Shown here one piece after another: positions 36,925-50,077 of a stretch of DNA of 64,000 nt. How positions within the stretch are numbered: the first letter of the stretch is position 1; each line of letters opens with the position of its first letter. Both the position numbers and the translations under genes were made by a program. The DNA lies in NCBI GenBank assembly GCA_013239625.1, contig MU054323.1, positions 13,377,950-13,441,949 on the forward strand, written 5' to 3'. The notes under the pieces are model-generated. The model searched no databases, was not told the origin of the DNA, and saw nothing but the letters and a program-made list of their open reading frames with translations. This DNA is from Lama guanicoe (lineage: Eukaryota).

Positions 36925-39885
36925 ACTCTTATTTCTATCAAGTAGTCAAATTAAGACTAGTTTGTAAAATGAGTCTGCTTTCAATAAACTTTGTCTGATT
37001 ATTTATATAAGCATAATTGATGATACAGACTCTTAAGTCCATCTCTCCTGGACATCTTCCTAAGGAATCTCAAATTCAACTTTTATAAAGGCCTCTCAAG
37101 GCCAGGAAAGCCATGCCTTTAGATATGGCCTGCAATACCTACAGGTTTAGATGGACTCCTCTCTTGATGTCCTTGTCTGCCAGAAAATGCATTTCCTTAT
37201 TCACCTGGGATGTCTGTTGGGAACCTAAGAGTTTCCAAATTCTAGAAGGATCAGGTATAAAATAAATCCTTCAATTCTGTTTATAAAGTATAACTTACTA
37301 AATTGCTGTACATGATAATTAGTTTAAAGGATTTCCTTGTATGTGGAAAGCAAAGATTTAAAATCAGTAATATTTCAGATTAAAAAATCATAAAAATTAT
37401 CCTATCTGTCACTTTATTCAATCTCATATAATTCTTGTTCTGCTTGAGTCCAGTTCTTTTGACCTTGCCTGGTTACTGAGGGTGACAGTGACAGTGTGAA
37501 GGAAAAGCCGGGCTGGTCTAACAAGGTAACTCACAAATCTAAGTATTGGAATACTGATCTGAGTTCTGCTGGACTAACTTGTAAATCTAAGTTAATTGGT
37601 GTTGGTTTGCTGTTTCTGTTTTTTGCTAGCCAGCCGGGTTTTCAAAGATACATATCTGGCTTTGGAATGTTGGTTTGCTGCCTCCCCACCTCCACTTTTG
37701 TGATGATGCTGCTGCTAAAGCTGTTCCATGCCTATTGGCCAAATACCCCAAGCTTGTTCTTTACCCTATAAAACCTCATGCGCACGTCTTGGAGGTGCTC
37801 AGAGCTTCGGAGCAGAAGCCCCTCTGGGCCCGCCGGCGTAATACATCTGACTACTCCAGCCCTCCGGGTGGTGCTTGTTTCTTGACTGGCCTGTCCTTTC
37901 CGTAACAGCAATGGTAATTTCAAGAAGTTTGTGAGGTTTTTAAGGCCCATATGATTTGCCCAGTGAAGTGGGTGCTTTGAACCCTGGAGACTGAGGAAAG
38001 TATACTCCAAGTGGAAAACACATCTTCTAACAGTTTGTCATTGTGAGGGCATCAGCCTTGCAGCAGGGGAAGAGTTTAATCCACCAAACAAAAAACAGAG
38101 ACCCAGGAAGAGTCAAGACGCTGCCTTGGGTTTTCCCATAAGCCCGACTGTTTAATTCACAGCTACTGATTACCCATCTTAATTTCTGATTTAGGAGCAG
38201 ACTGTTGCCATACTACAAGGACATCAGGGTGACAAAAGCTTGACAATGAGGGGTTAATTTCTGCAGAAGAATGGACTTTATACATGCTACAGTCTTTACA
38301 AATTCTGTTGTTGCCTTTGAATGAAAGACACAATCTCTAGCAAAAACCAAGAAGCATGCAATTGTGAACTGTCATACTGGCATTTCCTGACTGGCAAACT
38401 TATGAACATATTCTATAACCTCTAGAAACACATTTTCTCAAAGCATAATCTCTTTTCTCAGTGTAGTACAAGACATGTGTCCATTAAAACCCAAACATGT
38501 TTAGTTTCTAACAAGATGATGAAGTAGGTAAACTTAGATTTGCTTAGCAATTAGTATTTCAGTATTTTATCCTAATTAGAAATGATCTGGATAGTCAGTG
38601 AATTCCCATCATTTAACTTATTTTAGCAAAACACTGCTGCTTCAAGTTACCAAAAGTCTAGAGAAACTGTTTTTAAGTAGACATACCATAAAACTTAATC
38701 ATTCTTAGAGTTCACCTAAAAAATTTTATCCCATTTAACTATTACTTATGAAGGTATCATACCAAGTTAAATTTCTTGTTGACAACTTTCTTAAGAGATA
38801 ACATGAGTTTATAGACTTTTAGTTAATCTAGGTACAATAAAAGTATTATACTTAATGTTGATGATTCTAAAGACATATCTGTATTAAACTTAATTTTTCA
38901 TTAAAGATTAATCCTAGACCATGTGCTCCTTTAAAAATTTGGGGGTTTGTTATATTTAGAAATATCTGATTTGTTAAGTGTTACTTTTAAGTCAATTAAA
39001 TAGACCTCTTTCATAAGTTAATCTTAACAGTATCATCCAGAGGTAAAAACATTTTATAACATATACACAGATATACATCCAGACAGACATAGATCTCATA
39101 CTTTGCCTGCTGCCTGAGTTGTAAGAGTTTTAAGTCTTCTTCTACCTCCACCCCTACTTTCACTTTTAGGTTCTACTAACTGAGTTAAGGCTACAGTCTT
39201 GGGCAATGCGGTCTGTGTTTACATTTCAAAGACATGATAACAGTTATAATTTCAAGCTTTCTCACAGGAATATTTTCCTTCTCTCAGGGATAGAATTTTG
39301 AAAAGATATATTATCAAGCCAGATTTAATTGCACATGCAAAAATGAGTTTTAGAATATCAAAGGAGCTCCATTCTGGCCGTTTTGGGGTTAGAGAAGTAT
39401 TTGCAAGTATTGGTTCCATAACAATTAAAGAAGCCAGCTGGAGTTTCAGTGGGTGGCTGCCTGTCTGAGAGCTGGTAAGCTCTAGAAACAGCTTCCCACT
39501 TATGTTCAGTTTTGTTTTACTTTTAAGATACAAATCTTTCGAACTGTAAGCCATGTTAAAAAAAAAAAAAAGTTTAGCTAACCCAGTTCACTCAGCTTCC
39601 CCTGAGGCCTTATCTCTTCTCTGGTAACTCTAAGGAACTGCTCCAGAGACGCACAGTTTCAGCAGTTTTGACTCTTGTTGGAACAAACAAGTCAGGGATA
39701 TATCCAAGATTAAAAAAAAAAAAATGTACGCAGTGTGGCCTTGGCACCTGGGAAAGGAGTCTTATCAAAGGATATCAAAGGAGTATCAGCATTGGCAGCC
39801 CAGGGAGAGGCATTTAATCTTCATTCTTAACATGAACATTCTTTACTTCTGGTCAATGCACACTTTTCTTAAATAAGAAAAGCAG
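36925..39885 (-). mobile_element. ERV1 (MER4-group-like) non-coding internal sequence, probably part of the provirus whose 5' LTR is at 50078-50589
   Basis: AT-rich sequence resembling class I non-autonomous ERV internal regions; abuts L1 host B, on whose other side ERV gag and leader continue. Family not verified. Confidence 0.55.
37471..37907 (+). mobile_element. Relatively young solo LTR
   Basis: Termini (G)GTTAC...GTAACA; ATTGG 37734, TATAAAA 37767 and AATACA 37840 in LTR order; CpGs retained, unlike the flanks. Confidence 0.75.
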
Positions 39886-40492
39886 CTGGGAGATTGGGCC
39901 AAGATAACAAGAGTAGAAAGACCCTGAGCTCACCAGAATCACACCTATTTGCAGAATAACCATCAATGAAAAAGACTGGAAACTACCAGAAAAGATCTTC
40001 AACTCAAGGCATAAAGAAGGAGCCACAATGAGACAGGTAAGAGGTGTGGACTTACAGTATAATCACGTCCCATGCCCGAGGTGGGTGACCCACAAACGGT
40101 AGAATTATTACAGTATTACAGACATTCTCCTACAGGAGTGAGAGTTCAGAGCCTGATGTCAGGCACCCCAATCCAGGGGTCCTGCACTGGGAAGACAAGC
40201 CCCCAGAGCATTGGGCTTTGAAGGTCAGAGGGTCTTGAGTCCCAGAGGACTGTAGGAAACAGAGACTTCACTCTTAAAGGGTGAACACAAAGTCTTTTAT
40301 GCTCCGGGACCCAGGGCAAAAGCAGTCATTTGATTGGAGCCTGGGCCAGACCTACCTGCTGGTCTCAGAGTTTCCCAGAGAGGTGGGGCATGACTGCAGC
40401 TCTCCCTAGGGACAGGTGGCAGCCATTCCTGGGAGCTCCTTCTCCTGCTTGCACACTGGAGCTGGCCAGTCCCATTTAAAATCCTTCTTCTA

Positions 40493-40635
40493 AGGGGAGA
40501 GGGTATAGCTCAAGTGGTAGAGCACATGCTTAGCATACACAAGGTCCTGGGTTCAATCTCCAGTACCTCCTCTAAAACTAAATAAGCAAGCCTAATTACC
40601 TCTCCCCTAAAAAAATAAAAATAGAAAAATAAGAT
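40493..40635 (+). mobile_element. tRNA-Ala-derived SINE (Vic-1 type) in the L1 5' UTR
   Basis: GGGGAGAGGGTATAGCTCAAGTGGTAGAGCACATGCTTAGCATACACAAGGTCCTGGGTTCAATC, A-rich tail, perfect TSD AAAATCCTTCTTCTA (40478-40492 / 40636-40650) at a TT/AAAA site. Confidence 0.92.
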
Positions 40636-43205
40636 AAAATCCTTCTTCTAGCTCATTAGTGCCAAAACCTGGCCCCATCCAACAGATTGTAGGTGCCAGT
40701 GCTGGGATGCCTCAGGCCAAGCAACTAATTGGGCAGCGACACAGCCCCATCCATCAGTAGGACTTCCAGAACCTACAGCCACCTCTAGACACTACCCTGC
40801 CCACCAGAGAGCCAGGACCCAGCTCTACCCACCATGGGCAGGTACTGGCCCTGCCCTCGCCTCTGGACCAGTCTCACCCACCAGGGGGCAGACACTAGAA
40901 TTAAGAAAACCATAATCCTGCAGCCTACCAACCCAGCCTGCCCACAGCAGGCCAGCACAAGCTTTGGGACACCCTGGACACCATACCCAACTGTGTCAGA
41001 AGCCACCCCAACTCCTGCCAGTGATCTGACACCAGCCCTGGGATCTCTGGGTACTACAGCCAGACTCCACCACATTGCTCTGCCTGCAAGTAGTCCAGAA
41101 CTAATCCCAGGACCTGGCTCCACTCACCAGTTGGGAGTAGGGGTGGAATAGCCCTAGAGTATTCTGGCCCCTGACTCCACCCCCAAGTGAGCCATCACTA
41201 GCAGCAGGGATCCCCCAGGGTTTTTCAGTCAGCCACCTAGTGACCAAGCCCCACCAAGCAGTAGCTGGCAGCCTCTGCACAAGACAGGACCTGGCAACCA
41301 ACCAGACTATGGGCCAATCAAACCTATCACACTTCCCATATGGTAAGCTTACCACAATAGAAGAACCCACACAGTCCTCATAGGGGGAACCCCTAGAGCA
41401 TATAGAGTGGGTGACAAAACACAAGTGTGCTGCTGGGACATACTCAGAAGGCCACTCCTACAGAAAGCCACTTCTCCAAGGTCAGGAAATGTAACTAACC
41501 TACAGATACATAAAAATACAAACAGCAACTCAGGCAAAATGAAGCAGCAGAGAAACATGTTTCAGATGAAGGAACAAAATAAAACCCCAGAGGAACTACT
41601 AAGTCAAGTGGAGATAGGCGATCTACCTGAGAAAGGGATCAGGGTAATGATGCTAAGGATGATCAAAGAACTTGGGAGAAAAATGGATGCAGAGAGTGAG
41701 AAGTTAGATTTTAACAGAAAGTTACCAAATATAAAAAACAACAAAATAAAGATGAAGAATGCAATAACTGAAGTGAAAATTTCACAAGAAGGAATCAGCA
41801 GGAGACTAAACCTGGATAAGGAGAGGAATGGATAAGCAAGCTGGAAGACAGTAGTAGAATCACTGAGGCTGAGCAGAAATGAGAAAAAAGAATTAAAACA
41901 AGTGAGGACAGTTTAAGAGACTTCTGGGATTAGCACACTAATACTCACATTATAGGGGTCTGAAGGATAAGAAAGAAAGGGTCTGAGAAAATATTCAAAG
42001 ACATAATAGCTGCAAACTTCCCTAGCCTGAGAAAGGAAACAATCATCCAAGTCCAAGAATTGTAGAGAGCCCCATACAGGATGGACCCAAAGAGGAACAC
42101 ACCAAGATACACTCACTGTACTTTAAATGACAAAAATTAAAGATAAGAAGAGGGTATTAAAAGCAGCAAGGAGAAAGAAACAAATAACCTTATGGGAGTT
42201 CCTTTGTATGTTATCAGCTGATATTTTCAGCAGAAACTGCAGGCCAGAAGGGAGTGGTACAATATATTCAAAGTGATGAAAGGGAAAAACCTACAACCAG
42301 GAATACTCTAACCAATGAAACTCTCATTCAGATTTGACAAAGAGATAGAAAGCTTTACAGACAAGCAAAATCTAAAAGAGTTCAGCACCACCAAACCAGC
42401 TTTATCACAAATGTTAAAAGGAATTTCTCTAGGTCAAAAAGAAAAGGCTACAAATAGAAACAAAATTATGAAGCCAAAAATCTCACTGGTAAAGGAAAAC
42501 ATATAAAGGTAGGAAATCATTCACATGCAGTTAGTAGGAAGGTTAACAGACAAAAGTAGTAGAAATCATCTATATCCACAGTAAGCAGTTAAGGGATATA
42601 TGGAATAATTAGATGCAAAACATATCAAAAATAGTATTCATGAGGGGAGACATGTACAAGTATAGGGATTTTAAAATGCACTGGAAATTAAGCAACTTAA
42701 AACAATCACGTTTGTGTGTGTGTGTATATTACATATATATTATATATATGGCTATATAAAATATATAGCTATGTATTTTATATATATATATATATAACTA
42801 TATAAAAACCTCATGGTAACCACAAATCCAAAATCTGTAAGAGAAACACAAAAGGAATCCAAACATTAACACTGAAGATAGTCACTAAATCACAAGAGAA
42901 AAGGAAAAAAGACTGATTAAAAACAACCCAAAAAATTAATAAAATGGCAATAAGAACACACATACCAATCATTTTACCTTAAATTTAAATGGACTAAATT
43001 CTCCAATCAAAAGACATGCAGTGGCTAAATGGATACAAAAGAACTGTATACATGCTGCCTACAAGAGACTCACTTCAAATCTGAAGACACATAGACTAAA
43101 AGTGAGGAGATGGAAAGAGGTATTCCATGCAAGTGGAAATCAAAAGAAAGCTGGAGTACCAATACTTGTATCAGACAAAACAGATCTTAAAATTAGGACT
43201 GTTAT

Positions 43206-44298
43206 TATGTTATTATTAAACTTATAAGCTTTTGCACAGCAAAGGAAACCATAAGCAAATGAATGGGAGAAAATACTTGTAGAAGATGAGACTGACAAGG
43301 ACTTAATTTCCAGAATAAATACCTCATACAACTTAATAAGAAAAAAACAAACAATCCGATCCAAAAATGGGCAGAAGACCTAACCAAAAATTCACCAATG
43401 AAGACATACAAATGGCCAATAAGCACATGAAAAAAATGCTCAATATCACTAATTATCAGAGAAATGCAAATCAAAACTACAATGACACATCTACAATGAC
43501 ACACTACAATGAGGTAACAGCAGTCAGTATGGCCATCATCCAAAAGTCCACAAATGATAAATGCTGAAGAGGCTGTGGAGAAAAGGGAACCCTCCTACAG
43601 TGTTGGTGGGAATGTAGTTTGGTGCAACCATTATGGAAAACAGTATGGAGATTCCTCAAAAGACTAAAAATAGACTTACCATAAAATCCAGCAATCTCAC
43701 TCCTGGGTATATATCCAGAGGGAAACTTAGTTCAAAAAGATACATGCACCCCAATGTTCATAGCAGCACTATATACTAGCCAAGACAAGGAAACAACCTA
43801 AATGTCCATCAACAGATGACTGGATAAAGAAGTTGTGATATATTTATACAATGGAATACTATTCAGCCGTAAGAAGTAATAAAATAATGCCATTTGCAGC
43901 AACATGGTGGACCTGGAGAATGCCATTCTAAGTGAAGTAAGCCAGAAAAAGAAAGAAAAATGCCACATGATATCACTTATATGTGGAATCAAAAAAAAAA
44001 TGAACTTATTTACAAAACAGAAAGAGACTCACAGACATAGAAAACAAACTTATTACTGGGGAGGAAGGGAGTGGGAAGGGATAAATTGGGAGTTCAAGAT
44101 TTGCAGATACTAACTAATACATATAAAATAAATGAGAAGTTCATACTGTGTAGCACAGGGAACTATATTCAGTATCTTGTAGTAACTTCTGGTGAAAAAG
44201 AATGTATGTATGTTCCTATATGACTGAAACATTGTGCTGTACACCAGAAACTGACACAACACTGTAAACTGACTATGCTTCAAAAAATATATATTTAA
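43206..44298 (+). mobile_element. Younger 5'-truncated L1 nested in the endonuclease domain of host B
   Basis: Perfect 17 bp TSD AAAATTAGGACTGTTAT (43189-43205 / 44299-44315); very similar to the copy at 29999-31930. Confidence 0.92.
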
Positions 44299-47200
44299 AA
44301 AATTAGGACTGTTATAAGAGACAAAGAAGAACACTACATAATGATCAAGGGATCAATCCATGAAGATATAACAATTGTAAACATACATGCATCCAACATA
44401 GGAGCACCTAAATATATATCACATTAATAGATGTATAAGGACACTTACTCTAAATAACATTAAACCAGTTTTACTTAATTTATTTAGGGTATTCCATTTG
44501 AAAGCAGAATACACGTTCCTTTCAAATGCACATGGAACATTCTCTAGGATAGATCACACATTAGGCCACAAGACAAATGTTGGTAAATTTAAGAAAACTG
44601 AAATCCTATCAAGCATTATTTCTGACCACAGCCCTATGAGACTGGAAATCAACAAGAAAATGGCAAATAAAAAAAAAAAACTAAAAAATATGATACTAAA
44701 CAACCAAAGGATCACTGAAGAAATCAGAGAAAATTTAAAAAAAAAAAACAAAAAAAAAACAAAAAAAACCCCACAAACAAAAGAGACAAATGAAAGGAGG
44801 AAAAAAAAAAAAAACCAACAACAATCCAAACCTATGCAGTGTATCAGTTCTAAGAAGTTTATAGATATAAAAGCTTACCTCAGAAAACAAGAAAAATCTC
44901 AAATACCCTAATCTTAAACCTAAAGGAGCTAGAGAGAACACCAAATAAAGCCCAAAGTTAGTAGAAGGAAAGAAATCATAAAGATCAGAACAGAAATGGA
45001 GACTAAAAACAACAGAAAAGATCAATGAAACCAAAAGCTGGTTCTTTGAAAAGATAAGCAAAATTGATAAACCTTTAGCCAGACTCATCAAAAATAAAAC
45101 GGAGAGGGCCCAAATCAATAAAATAAAAAATGAAAGAAGTTACAACCAAATCACAGAAAAACAAAGAATTATAAGAGACTACTATGAGCAACTATACACC
45201 AATAAAATGGACAACCTAGAAGAAATGGACAAATCCTTAGAAAGGTACAATCTCCCAAGACTAAACAAGGAAGAAATACAAAATATGAACAGATTATCAG
45301 TACTAAAATTGAATCAGTAATCAAAAAACTCCCAGCAAACAAGTCTAGGACCAAATGACGTCACAAGTGGATTCTACCATTTAGAGAAGAGTTGACATCT
45401 ATCCTTCTCAAACTATTTCAGAGAATACAGAGGGTGGAATGCTTCCAAACTCATTATATGAGGTCAGCATCACTCTGTTACCAAAACGAGACAGAGGTAT
45501 CACAAAAAGAAAATTACAGGCATCATTGATGAAACATAAGTACAAAATTCCTCAAAAAAAAATCAGCAAACTGAATCCAACAACATATTAAAAGGATCAT
45601 ATGCCACAATCAAGTGGGATTTATCCCAGGGATGCAGATCTTTTTATTATCTACAAATCAACGTGATATTAATGTTAAATTGAATAAAAACCCTATGATC
45701 ATTTCAATAGATGCAGTAAAATCTTTTGACAAAATGCAATATCATTTATGATAAAAACTCTCCAGAAAGTGGGCACACAGGAAACATACTTCAATATAAT
45801 AAAGGCTATATATGACATACTCAACAATGAAAAGCTGAAAGCATTTTCTCTAATATCAAGTACAAGATAAGAATGCCCACTCTCACCACTTTTATTCAAC
45901 TTACTATTGGAAATACTTGCCACAGCAAATCAGACAAGAAAACAATAAAAAGAATTCAAAGTGGAAGGGAAGAAGTAAAACTGTGACTGTTTGTAAATGA
46001 TACTTATGTTGAAAATCCTAATGATACCACCAGACAACTACTTGAGTTCAATGAATTCCATAAGGTTGCAAGATACAAAATTAATACATAGACATTTGTT
46101 GCATTTCTATACACTAACAACAAACCATCAGAAAGAGAAATTAAGGAAACAATCCCATTTACCATCACATCAAAAAGAATAAAATACCTAGGAATAAACC
46201 TACCTAAGAAGGTAAAAGACCTGTACTCAAAAAATTGTAAGACACTGATGAAAGACTGAAGACACAAACAGATGGAAAGATATACCACCTTCTTGGACTG
46301 GAAGAATAAATATTGTTAAAATGACCATACTACCCAAGGCAATCTACACATTCAATGCAATCCCTATCAAAATACCAACAGCATTTTTCACAGAACTAGA
46401 ACAAATGATTTTAAAATTTGTATGGAAACACAAAAGACCCCATGTAGCCAAAACAATTTTGAGAAACAAGTACAAAGCTGAAGGAATCACGCTGTCTGAC
46501 TTCAGACCATACTCAAAGCTACAGCAATCAATACAGTATGGTAGAAAAACAGACACATAGATCAATGGAACAGGACAGAAAGTCCAGAAATAAACCCAAA
46601 CGCTTATGATCAATTAATCTATGACAAAGGAGGCTAGAATATATAATGCAGAAAAGACAGTCTCTTTAATAAGTGGTGCTGGGAAAACTGGACAGCTACA
46701 TGTAAAGGAATTAAATTAGAACATTCTCTAACATATACAAAGATAAACTCAAATGGGATTTAAAGAACTAAATGTAAGACCAGGGACCATAAAACTAGAG
46801 GAAAACACAAGCAGAACACTCTGACAGAAACTTAGCATTATTTTTTTGGATCTGTCTCCTAAAGAAAAAGAAATAGAAGCCTAAATAAACAGACTGGATC
46901 TAACTTAATTTAAAAGCTTTTGCACAGCAAAGGAGACCATCAACAGAACAAAAAGACAATTTACTGAATGGGAGAAAATAATTGCAGATGATATGACCAA
47001 TAAGGGGTTAATAACCAACATATATAAGCAGCTTATACATGTCATACATGTCAACATAAAAAAAATTGAAAATGGGCAGAAGACCTGAATAGACATTTTT
47101 CCAAAGAGAACATGCAGATGGCCAAGAGGAATATGAAAAGATGCTCAACATCACTAATCATCAGGAAATGCAAATCAAAACCACAATGAGATACCCTCTC

Positions 47201-48949
47201 ACACCTGTCAGAATGTCTACCATCAAAAAGTCTATCAATAACAAATGTTGGCAAGGATGCAGGGAAAAGGGAACCCTCATATACTGTTTGTGGAATGTAA
47301 GTTATTTTAACAACTGTGGAAAACAGTATGGACGTTTCTCAAAAAAATAAATATAGAACTACCACATGACCCAGCAATTGCACTCCTGGGTACATGTACA
47401 CACACACACACACACACACAAACCCACTAATTCAAAAAATACATGGACTCCAATATCCATAAAAGCATTATTTACAATTGCCAAGACATGGAAGCAACCT
47501 AAGTGTCCATCAACAGAGGAATGGGTAAAGAAGATAGAGTATATATGTACAGTGGAATACTACTCAGCCATAAAATAGAAGAAAATTTTGCCATTTGCAG
47601 CAACATGGATGGGCTTAGAGGGCATTATGCTGAGTGAATTAAATCAGAGAAAAATAAATACTGTACAATATCACTCATATGTGGAATATAAAAAATACAA
47701 CAAACTAGTGAATATAACTTAAAGGAAGCAGATTCACAGAGAAAAAAACAGTGGTTACCAGTGGAGGCAGGGGCAACATAGGGATGGGGAGTGGGAGATG
47801 CAAACTATTGGGTGTAAGATTGGCCCAAAGACATTATTGTACAACATAGGGAGTACAACTAATTTTTTATACAATGTATTGCATGTACATACATATACAC
47901 AATATACTGCACGTATTTTTTAAACTTTACATATGTGTACTGTTCATTGTTTCTAAGAACATTTACAGCTTTAGCTTTTTAAACTTACATAGTTATCAAA
48001 GGAATAAAGCCAACCACAAAATAAGAATTAATTCAAAAAGAACATACACCCTGCTATTAATAGCAACACTATTTATAATTGCCAAGACATGGAAGCATCA
48101 TACGTGTATATCAATAAATGAATGGATAAAGATGCAGCACATATATGCAATGGAACACAATTCCCCCATAAGAAAGAAGGATATTCTGCCATTTGTAGCA
48201 CTTCACTTTTTTTTTCCATTTCAAACACCAGAATTTTATAACTGGCATAAACAATTCCATTGCATCAAAAAGAAGAATACACCCACAAACAAACTTACAA
48301 AAGAGGTTACCTATATGCTGAAAACACCAATGAAGGAAACTGAAGACGACACAAAGAAATGGAAAGATACTCTGTGCTCTTGGATTGTAACAATCAACAT
48401 TATCAAAATGGCTATACTACTCAAAGCAATCCACAGATCCAATGCAACCCCCATCAAAGTACTCACAATATTCTTCACAGACCTAGAACAAACAATTCCA
48501 AAATTTATATGGAACCACAAAAGACCCCAAACTGCCAGAGCAATCTTTTGTAGGTCTTTTTTTTTTTCTTTCTTCTTTTTGTTCTCTTTTCTTATGGTTT
48601 GATGACTAGAGAAGTTCCTTTAACTTTTGTTGTAAAGCTGGTTTGATGGTGCTGAATTCTTTTAGCTTTTGTTTATCTGTGAAGCTTTTGATTTCTCCCT
48701 CAAATCTGAATGAGAGCCTTGCTGGATACAGCCCAATACTTAGTAATAACTAAATGGAAACTAACCTTTAAAAATTGTGTGAAAATAAAAATTTTTAAAG
48801 TGAATAAAGAAAAACGATTTTCCATTCTCTTTGGGTCATCTCCAAGTTGGCATATTGTTCTTTCAATGAAAAAAATTTGCAGTTGAAAAAGGGGAGTGCA
48901 CCCAGATCAGTCCGACCAGCTGCCCAATCTCAGCATTCACACCCTCAAT

Positions 48950-49531
48950 GGGGACTTGACAAGGGACATTGCCCTACCTGAGTTTGGGTGGCTCCTTGGC
49001 AGGTATGAGAGGGTAAGACCATTCCTCTCTCTCCATCCTCAGAGAGAAGGTGGAGAGGGGGATGCTGAGCCTGAGGCTCAGGCACTGACTGGCACTGGCA
49101 GCAAAGGAGCAGCAGCACCATCATATAAGGTGGGAGGAGGAGCCTTCAGAGTGTTCAGCTCAGCTAACAGCAAGTCTTTTTCATTAGAGTCAAACAGAAG
49201 AGGTTTCTCTGCCTTTCCTTCCTGTTGGACCAGAGTCTTACATTTTCTTTGCACAAGTTTATTTTAATACAGTTACATACAAGACTGTAAACAGGTATTT
49301 CACCTTCTTTTTCTTCTCACTTTATAAAGTAAATATAGTTGCAAAATTGTAACTTAAGGTTCCATTTTCAGACCATATTGCTCTGGAGTCTAAAGGCTAT
49401 AGTGCCCATGCAGTATTACCAAAAAGTACCATCTTCCCCCACCTCCCCCATCAGGTTCATAACTGAAAGTGCCGGTTTTGAAGAAGGCAGCCTAGAGGGC
49501 TGCAAGAGGGAGCTGAATTACCATTTCCCAC
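48950..49531 (-). pseudogene. Decayed class I ERV gag (matrix region) remnant
   Basis: The minus strand translates, with stops and frameshifts, as (V)GNGNSAPSCSPLGCLLQN...MVLFGNTAWAL*PLDSRAIWSENGTLSYN..LQL. This parallels ERV1 matrix MGN..SPLGCIL..W...FFCNTAWPQY.L...WP.NG..NYN.ILQL. A PPY-like late-domain remnant lies near 49125-49140. Confidence 0.8.
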
Positions 49532-50055
49532 CTTCAAGGGGCTTTGCTTCCAGCGGGTCACAGCAACAAAATCGTTCGGAGGGTCCTTGCTATGGTCACC
49601 AAGAAGCTCAATCCCCCAAAGCCAGTTCTTACTTAACAATTAAGACAATCACACATAAACGGACAAACGCTCAAAACAAAACCAAAAACTTTGCCCGGGC
49701 CTTTAAGCCGGGTACGGAGTACCTTAGCAGCTGTAACTTTTTATACTCTCTGCCAAAGTCCCACCAGGTGGGCCACCAACACACGATCTGGTCAGAACTG
49801 CAAAGACAATCTAGAAACAGGTGCGTTTCTCTAACGAGGTTACTCACCCAAAAGACGTCTTCCAAATTCAAACTCCCAAACCACTAGTTTCCTTTGCAGC
49901 ACAGAAAGTGTGGAAGCTCAGCGGCACCTCGCTGGGGGAATCCAGGGATGGTTCTGGAACAAACGGACCGGGCAGCTGCTCGGCTTGTCCACAGGCTCTC
50001 AGTACCTGCAAGGGGCGGCTGAGCCACGGGCAAACGTTCCGTCTGGACGCCCCTC

Positions 50056-50073
50056 TTGGTCTTGCACTCGCCA
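50056..50073 (-). other. Primer-binding-site-like sequence TGGCGAGTGCAAGACCAA
   Basis: TGG begins 4 nt after the LTR terminal CA on the minus strand, upstream of the leader and gag; tRNA identity unresolved (a TGGCGAG start resembles Arg-type sites). Confidence 0.65.
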
Positions 50074-50077
50074 AGTC

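Larger units (their letters stand above)
39890..48815 (+). mobile_element. Near full-length decayed L1 (host B): 5' UTR ~39890-41535, ORF1 remnant ~41539-42430, ORF2 from ~42944, 3' UTR interrupted at ~47857-48726
   Basis: ORF1 peptide MKQQRNMFQMKEQNKTPEE (ORF 41407..41835); endonuclease, RT and C-terminal peptides in ORFs at 43021, 44498, 46321, 47141 and 47366; A-rich tail at about 48785-48815. Confidence 0.9.

Noticed and set aside
40494..40572. Functional tRNA-Ala gene (also 29070-29141 and 57466-57545)
   Set aside because: Each has broken stems, the same non-tRNA 3' extension and an A-rich tail, and at least two have TSDs, so these are SINE heads.
27100..48815. Active, retrotransposition-competent L1
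   Set aside because: Both long copies have many stops, frameshifts, deletions and nested insertions; the ORF-track peptides are fragments.
49339..49887. 182-aa plus-strand ORF
   Set aside because: TTG start, antisense to the ERV leader and gag, no recognisable homology.
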